A stretch of DNA of 64,000 nucleotides from Candidatus Krumholzibacteriota bacterium (GTDB lineage: Bacteria; Krumholzibacteriota; Krumholzibacteriia; JAJRXK01): the NCBI GenBank assembly GCA_024276305.1, contig JAJRXK010000090.1:42794-106793 (forward strand), read 5' to 3'. Position 1 is the first letter of the stretch; each line of letters begins with the position of its first letter. The notes under the pieces are model-generated. The model made no database searches, was not told the origin of the DNA, and saw only the letters and a list, made by a program, of their open reading frames with translations. Shown piece after piece: positions 29,263-38,271 of this stretch. The translations under genes and the position numbers were made by a program.

Positions 29263-32200
29263 ATGCTCTCGATCCTTTCCGTGCGTTTGCGCCCTGCCGC
29301 TGTGATTGGCGCTCTCTTCGTGCTGGTGTCGATCATGGGCTCGGTCGGCTCCGCCACCGCGCAGTTCTTCGGACGCAACAAGGTCCAGTACGAGAATTTC
29401 GATTGGAAGATTCTCAACACTCCCCACTTCGAGATCTTCTTCTATCCCCAGGAAGAGCAACTCGCGGCAAGGGCGGGAGTGATCGCCGAGGATGCCTATG
29501 CGCGGTTGAGCGGGATTTTCGACCACGATCTGAGCAAGCGGATCCCCTTCGTGCTCTACGCTTCGCCCAACGACTTTCAGCAGACCAACATCAGTGATGG
29601 GCTGATCGGCGAGGGGACCGGCGGGTTCTCCGAGCCCATGCGCAATCGAATGGTACTTCCCTATCCGGGTGACAACGCTGGATTCGTCCACGTGATCAAT
29701 CATGAACTCGTCCATGTCTTCATGTTCGACATCGTTTTCGGGAGCACCCAGTCCGGAGGTGCCCGGGACCGATGGTTCCAGGTTCCGCTGTGGTTCGCGG
29801 AGGGGATGGCCGAATGGTTCAGCAGCGGTTGGGACGATCAGGCCGACATGTGGATGCGCGATGCCACGATCTACGACTGGGTGGTACCCCTGCACCGCAT
29901 CTACGGGGGGTTCCAAGTCTACAAGGAAGGTCAAGCGGCACTCCACTATGTGGCCCAGACCTACGGCGAGCCCAAAGTCGTCGAGGTGTTCAAGGCCCTC
30001 GGACGGACTCGGGACGCGGATCGCGCCGTGGAGCAGACCATCGGTCTGAATACCGAAGAGCTCTCCGAAGCCTGGATGAAGTCACTGAAGCAGGGCTATT
30101 GGCCTCTCTATGGGAACAAGCAGGAGCCCGAAGATCTGGGTCGTCGTCTCACCGACCACTGGAAAGAGGGAGCCTACTTCTTCCAGCAGCCCGCGTTGTC
30201 GCCCGATGGACGCTACATTGCGATGTTCAGCGACTACGACGGATTGGTGAATCTCTACCTGATGGACGCGATCGAGGGAAGAGTGCTCCGCAAGTTGGTG
30301 ACCGGCTATCGGAGCAATCAATTCCTGACTTTTCACAGCTTCGAGAGTTCGATCAGCTTCTCTCCGGACAGCGAGGCGGTGGCGTTCATCGCGAAGAGTG
30401 GGCGAGACGAGCACCTGTTCGTGATCGATGTCGAGTCGGGGAAGGTGCTCCGGGACATCGGGCTGCAGATGGACATCGCGCGAAGCCCGGCCTGGTCTCC
30501 GCAGGATGGGCAGGTGGTCCTGAGTGGAACGCGGAGAGGACAGACCGACCTCTACCTCGTCGACCTCGATCTCGGCGAAGTGAGAGCTCTCACCGATGAC
30601 ACCATCGACGAGCATTCCCCCGCCTGGTATCCCGATGGACGTCGGATTCTCTACAGCGCTCATCCCGCGACCACCGAGGACTTGTCCTTCATTCGCGACG
30701 AGGACGGCACCGTACGCATCGAAGGAGATCCCCTGCGCAAACCGACGCTGATCGAGGCGGATTCCGGATTCGATCTCTATCGTCTGGCGCTGTCCACCGG
30801 AGAAACGGAGATCGCGGTCTCGACTTCGGGAGACGACACCGACCCCTTCGTGGTGAACGACAGCACCATCGTCTTCATTTCGAATACCACCGGAGTTTCG
30901 AATCTGTGCAGCTTCGACGAGAGTTCGGAGCAGGTCCGTCGCCTTTCCGATGTGCTGGGAGGGGTGTTCCAGCCCAGTATGAGCCGCGAGACCGACCGCT
31001 TGGCCTTCACCGTGTTCAACCACGCGGGCTTCGACATCTTTCTGCGCGAGAATTTCACCGAGTTGCTCTCCGCGGAGGGTTTTCCGCTGGAAGCAGAGAC
31101 CGAATTGGTCCAGGCCCCACCGAGGCCCGACCCGGTGGAGGGGTCCGGCGAGGGGACGGCCGGTGAGGCCGGCGCGGTCACTACGGAGCTCGAACCCCTC
31201 GGGAAGCGGGTGGTGGCGGAGGTTGCGCGGGCGGATACCCATCGATCGACCGGAGGGGGCGTGGTGACCGTGGCCACGATGCCGGCCGCCCCCGACTCGG
31301 CTGCCGCCGATTCAGTCCTTGCCCCCAGCCCGGAGGAGTCCGAGGCTCCGGATATGGAAGAGTTGGTCGCCGCGGCGGTGGCGGTCGCGGACAGCGGCGG
31401 AGCCGGAGATCCTTCGATCGGAACCGTCGAACCCTACCGACTGCGCTTCTCGCTCGACCCCTACAGCGCAACCGGCGGGGGTGGGGTCTTCTACGCTCAG
31501 GGCCTGGGTTTCGGCGCGGCTCAGCGGATTTCGCTCAGCGACCTCCTCGGCAACCACCGAATGAGCTTCTTGATCAACTTCTACGGTTCGATCAAGAACA
31601 GTGATCTGGCGGCCAGCTATACCTACCTGAAGCGGCGCGTGAACGTCTCGGGGGGAGTGTTTCACTACCGGAACATCCTCAACAGCAACTTCACCAGCAT
31701 CGGCGAGGTCTTCGACAACAATCGCCTGTTCACCGAACGCAACTACGGGTTGTTCGGCCTCGCGAGCTATCCCTTCTCGCAGTTCAATCGACTCGATTTC
31801 GAGCTTCAGGCCTTCGTGAGCGACAAGAGCTTCTTCGAATACAATCGCTTCACCGGCTTCTACGAGCAGGTGGGGGAACGGCAGAGAGATACGCTGGTCC
31901 AGCCCTCCTTGACCTATGTCCACGATTCCACTTTCTACGGGCAGTACGGTCCAGTGACCGGCAGCCGGTGGCAAGTTTCCTTCTCGCCCGCCATCCCGGT
32001 CGGCGGCGAGCAGGGTGTCGATCGCACTACGAGCTATGTGGACTACCGGCGCTACTTCCGGCTCTGGGACCGCAATGGCTTGGCGCTTCGGTTCATCGGG
32101 GCGCAGAGCGTGGGCGGTCAACCCCGCAAGTTCGTCATCGGAGGAGCCCAGACCCTTCGGGGTTGGGATATCTTCGACTTCGAGCGAGTGAATGCCGACG

Positions 32201-32553
32201 GTAGTCCACGCCACCCCAATCTGGTGGGGAGCAAGATGTTCATGTTGAATCTGGAATACCGTTTTCCCTTCGTGGACGCGCTCATTCTGGGATGGCCGGG
32301 GCGTTTCGGGATTGGAGGGATTTCGGGCGCGGTTTTCATGGACACCGGGGCAGCCTACGACGGGGCCTTCCGATTCTTCAGTCGGACCGAGAGCGGGACG
32401 CGGCGACTCCAGGACTTGAATGCGGATTTCGGCTTTGGTATAAGGGCGAATGTCGGTTGGTTGCCACTTCGCTTCGATTGGGCGTGGAAGACCGATCTCG
32501 CCGAGACCAGCAACGATATTCGCTATTCCTTTTCGATCGGCCCGTCCTTCTAG
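29263..32553 (+). CDS. Multidomain outer-membrane protein: signal peptide, HExxH gluzincin-like metallopeptidase-like domain, TolB-like PD40 beta-propeller, long low-complexity linker, Omp85-family (bacterial surface antigen) beta-barrel
   Basis: Signal MLSILSVRLRPAAVIGALFVLVSIMGSVGSATAQ. HINHELVHVFMFD followed by LWFAEGMAEWF (HExxH with a downstream Glu). PD40 repeats (SPDGRYIAMFSDYDGLVNLYLMD, SPDSEAVAFIAKSGRDEHLFVID, SPAWSPQDGQVVLSG...TDLYLVDL, SPAWYPDGRRILYSA). Gly/Ala/Pro/Glu-rich linker. C-terminal barrel with GGAQTLRGWDIFDF, GAVFMDTGAAYD, terminal ...RYSFSIGPSF. The track start (29116) is trimmed to the Met that begins the signal peptide. Confidence 0.8.
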   Translation: MLSILSVRLRPAAVIGALFVLVSIMGSVGSATAQFFGRNKVQYENFDWKILNTPHFEIFFYPQEEQLAARAGVIAEDAYARLSGIFDHDLSKRIPFVLYASPNDFQQTNISDGLIGEGTGGFSEPMRNRMVLPYPGDNAGFVHVINHELVHVFMFDIVFGSTQSGGARDRWFQVPLWFAEGMAEWFSSGWDDQADMWMRDATIYDWVVPLHRIYGGFQVYKEGQAALHYVAQTYGEPKVVEVFKALGRTRDADRAVEQTIGLNTEELSEAWMKSLKQGYWPLYGNKQEPEDLGRRLTDHWKEGAYFFQQPALSPDGRYIAMFSDYDGLVNLYLMDAIEGRVLRKLVTGYRSNQFLTFHSFESSISFSPDSEAVAFIAKSGRDEHLFVIDVESGKVLRDIGLQMDIARSPAWSPQDGQVVLSGTRRGQTDLYLVDLDLGEVRALTDDTIDEHSPAWYPDGRRILYSAHPATTEDLSFIRDEDGTVRIEGDPLRKPTLIEADSGFDLYRLALSTGETEIAVSTSGDDTDPFVVNDSTIVFISNTTGVSNLCSFDESSEQVRRLSDVLGGVFQPSMSRETDRLAFTVFNHAGFDIFLRENFTELLSAEGFPLEAETELVQAPPRPDPVEGSGEGTAGEAGAVTTELEPLGKRVVAEVARADTHRSTGGGVVTVATMPAAPDSAAADSVLAPSPEESEAPDMEELVAAAVAVADSGGAGDPSIGTVEPYRLRFSLDPYSATGGGGVFYAQGLGFGAAQRISLSDLLGNHRMSFLINFYGSIKNSDLAASYTYLKRRVNVSGGVFHYRNILNSNFTSIGEVFDNNRLFTERNYGLFGLASYPFSQFNRLDFELQAFVSDKSFFEYNRFTGFYEQVGERQRDTLVQPSLTYVHDSTFYGQYGPVTGSRWQVSFSPAIPVGGEQGVDRTTSYVDYRRYFRLWDRNGLALRFIGAQSVGGQPRKFVIGGAQTLRGWDIFDFERVNADGSPRHPNLVGSKMFMLNLEYRFPFVDALILGWPGRFGIGGISGAVFMDTGAAYDGAFRFFSRTESGTRRLQDLNADFGFGIRANVGWLPLRFDWAWKTDLAETSNDIRYSFSIGPSF

Positions 32554-32606
32554 CTTCTCTTCGGATTCGGTGAGAGCTCGATTGCGCTGGGGCCTGGGGA
32601 GTCTTC

Positions 32607-34943
32607 ATGCTCGAGGGCCTCAATTCACCACAGCGCCAGGCCGTCTCCCATCCCGGCGGACCGCTCCTGGTGATCGCCGGCGCGGGCAGCGGCAAGACCC
32701 GCGTTCTCACCACCAGAATCGCGTGGTTGATTCGGGAGTGCGGCGTCGCACCGGAAAGCATTCTCGCCTTCACCTTCACGAACAAGGCCGCTCGAGAGAT
32801 GCGGCAACGCGTCGATCAGATGGTACCCGAGGCCCAGGGGAGATGTTGGATCGGCACCTTCCACTCTACCGGGGTCCGAATTCTGCGCAGCGAGGGACAT
32901 CGTCTGGGCTACGATCGCTTCTTCACGATCTACGATGCCGACGATTCGCGGGCCCTGCTCAAGAAGATCGTGCAGGACCTCGAACTCGACACCAAACAGT
33001 ATTCGCCTCGCCAGCTCGGATCGGAGATCAGCGGGCACAAGAACCACTTTCGATCTCCCGAACAGGTCATGGCGACATCGATCACTCCTCGGGATCAGAA
33101 GGTGGCCGAGGTCTACGCCGAATACGGTCGCCGGCTGCGCGAGAATGGCGCGATGGACTTCGACGATCTCATCGCCAAGACGGTCGAACTCTTCGAGGAC
33201 CATCGAGAGGTGCAGGAGCGTTACAGCCAGCGTTTCGAGCACGTGCTCGTGGACGAGTTCCAGGATACCAATCCCTTGCAGCTGGTCATGGTGCGAGCGC
33301 TGAGCGCGCGCCACGGAAATCTGTGTGCGGTGGGCGATGACGATCAGTCGATCTACTCGTGGCGGGGCGCGACGGTGGAGAACATGCTGGGATTCGAGGA
33401 ATACTTTCCCGGATCCACCTTGGTTCGACTGGAACAGAATTACCGCTCCACCTCCCTCATTCTCGAAGCGGCGAATGCCGTCATCGCTCACAATCGTCGA
33501 CGCAAGGGCAAGACTCTCTGGAGTGACCGCTCGGGGGGGGCGCCCATCGAGCTGTGGTGGGCCGAAGACGAGCACGAAGAGGGACGCAAGATTCGGGATC
33601 GGATTGGACGACTCCTCGCCGAGACCGACGCGCGACGCAGGGACATCGTGGTTCTCTATCGCACCAACGCTCAGAGCCGTGCGGTCGAAGATGCCCTGCG
33701 GCGAGAATCGATTCCCTATCAGATCGTGGGAGGCACTCGCTTCTACGAGCGGCGCGAGGTCCGGGATCTGTTGGCCTACCTCAAGTGTGTACAGAATCCG
33801 GCCGACAGTGTCAGCTTCGCCCGGATTCTGAACGTTCCCAAGCGGGGCATCGGCAAGACCAGTGCTTCGCGCTTCTTCGAATTGGCGCAGCGGATGGGCA
33901 CGGTGTCGGATGCCCTCTCCGACCGGGGGCGTCTGCTGAGTTCCTGTGGCAAAGCGGCGGCCGGCCGATTGGCGGCCTTCGGACAGTTGCTTCAGTCCTT
34001 GCGGCGTCTGGCCGAGAACGCCGATGCCGCCGCGGTATTGCGGCAGGTGATCGAGGCGACGAAGTACGAGAACTACCTGCGGGAAGACGATCCCACGACC
34101 GCCGACGACCGCCTCGAGAATGTCTACGAGCTCGTGAATGCGGCCGAGGAGTTCTCGGTCGAGAGCGATGAGCCGGGGCTCGGTCCCTTTCTCGAGAGCG
34201 TGGCGCTCCTGGCCGAAGTGGACAAGATGAGTGACGAGACGGACCAGGTGACTCTGATGACCGTCCACAATGCCAAGGGTCTCGAGTTCCCCTACGTTTT
34301 CATCGCGGGCTGCGAGGAGGGACTGCTTCCCCACGCCTCGTCCCTCGAGGACGATGATCAGCTGGAGGAAGAGCGGCGCTTGTTCTACGTTGCCCTCACC
34401 CGGGCCGAGGAAGCGGTATTTCTGACCGCTTCTGCCATGCGCCGCCGCTTTGGTAGTAGTGAGCCGGCGGCGGCCAGTCGTTTCGTGGGCGAGATTCCCG
34501 AAGAGCTCGTGGCCGAGATGGGGGGGCTGGCTTTCGGATCGCGATTCCAAGCGCCTCGAAGTCTCGGAGAGCGTCGGTGGAATTCGATCTCTACCTCTGC
34601 CCCGGCCAAGAGGCCGCGGAGATCGCGGGATCAGGGGGTATCGGCGGACGCCCTCGCCGACGCTCAGGCTTTCCTCCGGAGCCGGGCGCGATCCAAGGCT
34701 CGGGCTCGAAAGGAAGTTGCGGACCACGGCTTCGAAGACCACGATCTGACTCAGGAGGAACTCTGCTATCGGGTGGGGGCCAGGGTGGAGCACGAGCTGC
34801 TGGGGGAGGGGGTGATCGAGGAGATCGAGGGCGTTGGAGATCTCTTGCGTCTCACCGTGAGTTTCGGTGAACGTGGGCGGAAGCGGATTCTTGCCCGCTA
34901 CGCTCGTCTGCGCCTCCTCGACACGGAAGCTGGAGCTCAGTAG
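32607..34943 (+). CDS. pcrA: ATP-dependent DNA helicase, UvrD/PcrA/Rep family
   Basis: Walker A AGAGSGKTRVLTTRIAWL and helicase motifs (FTNKAAREM, VLVDEFQDTN, VGDDDQSIYSWRGA, ...VHNAKGLEF). 778 aa. Assignment between pcrA and uvrD cannot be made from sequence alone. Confidence 0.88.
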   Translation: MLEGLNSPQRQAVSHPGGPLLVIAGAGSGKTRVLTTRIAWLIRECGVAPESILAFTFTNKAAREMRQRVDQMVPEAQGRCWIGTFHSTGVRILRSEGHRLGYDRFFTIYDADDSRALLKKIVQDLELDTKQYSPRQLGSEISGHKNHFRSPEQVMATSITPRDQKVAEVYAEYGRRLRENGAMDFDDLIAKTVELFEDHREVQERYSQRFEHVLVDEFQDTNPLQLVMVRALSARHGNLCAVGDDDQSIYSWRGATVENMLGFEEYFPGSTLVRLEQNYRSTSLILEAANAVIAHNRRRKGKTLWSDRSGGAPIELWWAEDEHEEGRKIRDRIGRLLAETDARRRDIVVLYRTNAQSRAVEDALRRESIPYQIVGGTRFYERREVRDLLAYLKCVQNPADSVSFARILNVPKRGIGKTSASRFFELAQRMGTVSDALSDRGRLLSSCGKAAAGRLAAFGQLLQSLRRLAENADAAAVLRQVIEATKYENYLREDDPTTADDRLENVYELVNAAEEFSVESDEPGLGPFLESVALLAEVDKMSDETDQVTLMTVHNAKGLEFPYVFIAGCEEGLLPHASSLEDDDQLEEERRLFYVALTRAEEAVFLTASAMRRRFGSSEPAAASRFVGEIPEELVAEMGGLAFGSRFQAPRSLGERRWNSISTSAPAKRPRRSRDQGVSADALADAQAFLRSRARSKARARKEVADHGFEDHDLTQEELCYRVGARVEHELLGEGVIEEIEGVGDLLRLTVSFGERGRKRILARYARLRLLDTEAGAQ

Positions 34944-34963
34944 CCTCAACCAGGAGCGAAGCC

Positions 34964-35539
34964 ATGGAAACGGTTCGACCCCCTTGCCGCCATCGATCCG
35001 GAGGACCCGAGGTGGTCGGTCGATGGTGCTGCGTGGTCGTCGTCGTGGTTTCGGTCCTGGCGATGGTGGGGCCGGCATGGCCCGCTACCTCTCGCCCAGG
35101 CTCGCCTCCCGAGGGCGGGCGCTTCCTGAGCCAGCAGGACAGCCTGGGTTACGACGACTATCGCGAACTCGATCACGACACCCAGCTCGAACGACGCGAG
35201 TCGGCGAAGCGCTGGGCCAAACGGGTTCGCGAGACCCGACGCCGCGCTGCGCAACAGGTGGAGAGCTCGGCTGCGGTTCGGATCTATCGCCAAGCCCTCG
35301 ACGAGGCGGCGACGGTGGTCGGACTCTGTCCCTATTTCCCCGAGGGTTGGCTCCTCTACGCCGACGTCCTCAACCACCTGGGATACTATGTCTCGGCCGA
35401 ACTCTGCCTCGACCACGCGGAGAGCACTCTGGCCTATGAACGCAACTCCAAGCATCGACGTCAGCTCGTGGGAGATCTGCACGGACAGCGTGCGGTGATC
35501 GCTTACAACCGTGGCGATTGGGCGACGAGTGCGGCGTAA
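34964..35539 (+). CDS. TPR-repeat protein, N-terminal segment (membrane-anchored); terminates at an in-frame TAA that interrupts a TPR motif
   Basis: N-terminal hydrophobic anchor CCVVVVVVSVLAMVGPAWPA and TPR-like helices. Same reading frame as ORF 35591..36577, which resumes 17 codons later. See findings. Confidence 0.55.
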   Translation: METVRPPCRHRSGGPEVVGRWCCVVVVVVSVLAMVGPAWPATSRPGSPPEGGRFLSQQDSLGYDDYRELDHDTQLERRESAKRWAKRVRETRRRAAQQVESSAAVRIYRQALDEAATVVGLCPYFPEGWLLYADVLNHLGYYVSAELCLDHAESTLAYERNSKHRRQLVGDLHGQRAVIAYNRGDWATSAA

Positions 35540-35590
35540 TCCGAGCAGGCGCAGGAGGCGCGGCCCAACGACTCGAAGTGGACGCTGCTC

Positions 35591-36577
35591 TTGGCCCGGT
35601 CGCTGAATGCTCTGGGCCGCTACGACGAGGCCCGCAAGATCCTCGATGAGATCGATCCGGACCGCCCGGCCAAGGCCACCGCGCTCAGCGTGTTGGGTCT
35701 GATCGAGATGTCCGCGGGAGACCTGGATGCGGCCCAGAAAGCCTTCGACGCGGCCGCGAGACGAGGTATGCGGAGTGCGGTGTTCCACAATGATCGGGGG
35801 CGTCTGGCCCTCCTCCGCGAGGACTACGATCGAGCGGAGGAAGAATTCGAGAAGGCCATCGCGATGGCTCCTTCCTTCATCGAGGCTCGCAGCAATCTGG
35901 CGGTGGCTCATCGGCGGGCGGGTCGGCTCGACGAGGCTCAGGAGGTGTTGGAATCGCTCATCGACAATCGGCCGAACTACGGTGCGGCCCATTTCAATCT
36001 GGCCGAGGTGTTGCGAGAGGAATTGACCGATCTCGATGCACCCGCACGCGAGGCGAAGGCCCGCATGGCTCTGAACCACTATTCCCGGGCATTGGAGCTG
36101 GGGTTCTCCCCCGAGCAGGTGATCGAACGCCGAGCGAGTCTCGCGGCGGCGGTGGACGATCTGGACCTCGCGGAGGAGGACTTTCTCAAGATGGCCGAGG
36201 ATCCGGAAATCAGCGGCGATGTGCTCCATCGTTTGGGTCGAGTGAAGCGGGATCAGGGACGGCCGGATATCGCGCAGAAGCTCTTCGAGATGGCGATCGA
36301 ACGCGGAGCCGACGGGGCCGTGCTCTACAGCGATTACGGCGGGATTCTGCTCGCGGACTCGGATTTCGAAGGAGCACGTCGGGCCTTCGAGGCAGCCCTC
36401 GAACGAAATCCCGACCTGTTGATCACCCGGGTGAATCTGAGCATCGCATGGATGGAGTTGGGAGACGACCTTCGGGCGGCCAAGGTTCTGCGGCCGGCAT
36501 TGCGGGTTGCTCCCGACCATCCGGTCGTACGCGCGCAGCGCATTCAGCTCGAGAAGTTGGGGCAGAGTTTTGACTGA
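35591..36577 (+). CDS. TPR-repeat protein, C-terminal segment (probably the same gene as 34964..35539)
   Basis: Multiple TPRs (ALGRYDEARKIL, AAHFNLAEVL, ...). The listed TTG start gives an atypical N-terminus. The frame is open back to the TAA at 35537-35539. Confidence 0.55.
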   Translation: MARSLNALGRYDEARKILDEIDPDRPAKATALSVLGLIEMSAGDLDAAQKAFDAAARRGMRSAVFHNDRGRLALLREDYDRAEEEFEKAIAMAPSFIEARSNLAVAHRRAGRLDEAQEVLESLIDNRPNYGAAHFNLAEVLREELTDLDAPAREAKARMALNHYSRALELGFSPEQVIERRASLAAAVDDLDLAEEDFLKMAEDPEISGDVLHRLGRVKRDQGRPDIAQKLFEMAIERGADGAVLYSDYGGILLADSDFEGARRAFEAALERNPDLLITRVNLSIAWMELGDDLRAAKVLRPALRVAPDHPVVRAQRIQLEKLGQSFD

Positions 36578-36890
36578 ATCCTCCGAGGCCCTTCTCCAAG
36601 AAGCCCGTCGCCTCTGCGCGCTGGCGGGCTTGCGCGGTGACCCCCAGGAACTCCGCCTCGCCATGGAAGAGACCGAGCGGGTCGAGGAGATCGGGGAGGT
36701 CCTGGAGCGGTGTCTTTCGGAGGGCGAGGACTGCGATGGGGATGAGGTGGAGGCCGACTGCGGGCCGATGCCCCTCGCGGACGACTCTCCCGGGGAGGGG
36801 GCTGCGGGCAATGATGACTGGGTCGAGACGCAGGCCCGAGCATCCCTGAATCCCCTCCGAGTTCCCACGGTCGAATTCCGAAGTGAGTGA
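36570..36890 (+). CDS. gatC: Aspartyl/glutamyl-tRNA(Asn/Gln) amidotransferase subunit C (probable)
   Basis: Small acidic helical protein immediately upstream of gatA and overlapping its GTG start, as expected for gatCAB. Start is uncertain (TTG 36570, or ATG 36507 overlapping the TPR gene). Similarity is weak; the call rests mainly on synteny. Confidence 0.5.
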   Translation: MTESSEALLQEARRLCALAGLRGDPQELRLAMEETERVEEIGEVLERCLSEGEDCDGDEVEADCGPMPLADDSPGEGAAGNDDWVETQARASLNPLRVPTVEFRSE

Positions 36891-38271
36891 GCTGAACTCG
36901 ATCTCGCTCTCCGAGCTCTGTCGTCTGCGCGACGAGGGGGTGGTGAGGGATGAGGAGATTCTCGATTCCTTCGAATCCCGATATCGCCAACACGAGCCGC
37001 GGCTCCACGCTTTCGTCCATCGCTACCGCAGTGGAAGTGCGGAGGGAGGAATCCTCCGGTCGATTCCCTATGCCACCAAGGCCAACCTCGCGGTCCGAGG
37101 ACAGCCGCAGGACTGCGCGAGTCGGTTGCTTCGGGGCTACCGTGCGCCCTACGACGCGACGGTGACCCGCCGGCTGCGAGAGGCGGGTGCGGTGGTGGTC
37201 GGTTCCACGAATATGGACGAGTTCGGGATGGGCAGCACCACCGAGTATTCCTGCTACGGTCCCACCCGGCATCCCTTGGATCCGGAGCGAAGCCCCGGCG
37301 GATCTTCGGGGGGCGCGGCGGCGGCGGTGGCCACGGGAATGGTCGCCTTTGCCCTGGGAACCGACACTGGGGGCTCAGTGCGCCAACCGGCCGCGCACTG
37401 TGGAGTGTTCGGGCTGCGACCGACCTGGGGAAGGATCTCTCGGTGGGGACTGACCGCCTTTGCGAGCAGTATGGACCAGGTGGGGATTCTGACCCGGAGG
37501 GCGGAGGACCTTCCCGTGGTCCTGGGCCTCCTGACGGGGCGGGATGCCTTCGATGCGACCACCCACCAAGTTCCGACCCGAGAGGTGGGAAGGGGGGATC
37601 TTCGGGGGCTGAGGGTCGCCTTCGATCCCGCCGGCTTGGGTTTCGCGGAGGCAGAAGTGGCGGTGGCTTTCGAGGGATTCGTCGCCGACCTTCGGAGCGC
37701 GGGAGCGGAGGTCCGAGAATTGAGCCTGCCGGCCAGCACCGCGGCCCTGGAGTGCTACCTGCTCCTGAGCTCGGTCGAGGCCGCGAGCAATCTGGCCCGC
37801 TTCGACGGGACGGTCTACGGTCGGCGCCGAGGCGGCGATCACTACGAGGAGATGGTTCGGAGGACTCGAAGCGCTGGATTCGGAGAGGAGGTGAAGCGTC
37901 GGATTCTGCGGGGCACGCTGGTCTTGGCGGCCGGAGAGTCGGGAGCGGAGCTCGGGCGAGCGCGGCGGTTGCGCGCGCGGATTCGCCGAGAACAGATCGA
38001 CGCCCTCCGCGGACACGATGCGCTCCTGATGCCCACCACTCCCGCCGGGCCTCCTCGGATCGGAGCGCCACGAGGAGAGTCGAAGCAGACCACCGATCCG
38101 GATCGTTTCACGGCACCGGCCAGTCTGGCGGGACTGCCAGCCCTCGCGGCGCCGGCGGGGCGGGCCAGGAACGGATTGCCGTGGTCGGTGCAGTGGGTGG
38201 GCGCGCCGGATGCCGACGAGACCCTGATCGCCATCGCCATGGCCTGCGAAGCCGAAGGGTTGGGAAGGTGA
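36883..38271 (+). CDS. gatA: Glutamyl-tRNA(Gln) amidotransferase subunit A (amidase signature family)
   Basis: Amidase signature GGSSGGAAAAVATGMVAFALGTDTGGSVRQPAAHCGVFGLRPTWGRISRWG; 462 aa. Confidence 0.9.
   Translation: MSELNSISLSELCRLRDEGVVRDEEILDSFESRYRQHEPRLHAFVHRYRSGSAEGGILRSIPYATKANLAVRGQPQDCASRLLRGYRAPYDATVTRRLREAGAVVVGSTNMDEFGMGSTTEYSCYGPTRHPLDPERSPGGSSGGAAAAVATGMVAFALGTDTGGSVRQPAAHCGVFGLRPTWGRISRWGLTAFASSMDQVGILTRRAEDLPVVLGLLTGRDAFDATTHQVPTREVGRGDLRGLRVAFDPAGLGFAEAEVAVAFEGFVADLRSAGAEVRELSLPASTAALECYLLLSSVEAASNLARFDGTVYGRRRGGDHYEEMVRRTRSAGFGEEVKRRILRGTLVLAAGESGAELGRARRLRARIRREQIDALRGHDALLMPTTPAGPPRIGAPRGESKQTTDPDRFTAPASLAGLPALAAPAGRARNGLPWSVQWVGAPDADETLIAIAMACEAEGLGR

Noticed and set aside
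22641-29420. 958-aa and 1,300-aa minus-strand ORFs antisense to bamA and tamB.
   Set aside because: They mirror the coding frames of the bamA and tamB genes. The products are Arg/Gly/Pro-rich without domain-like segments.
34946-38071. 1,041-aa minus-strand ORF across the TPR and gatCA genes.
   Set aside because: Antisense shadow of three plus-strand genes. The product is extremely Arg/Pro/Ser-rich.
37443-38267. N-terminal extension of the gatB ORF (37443..39683).
   Set aside because: Out-of-frame read-through of gatA; the GatB homology begins at GTG 38268.
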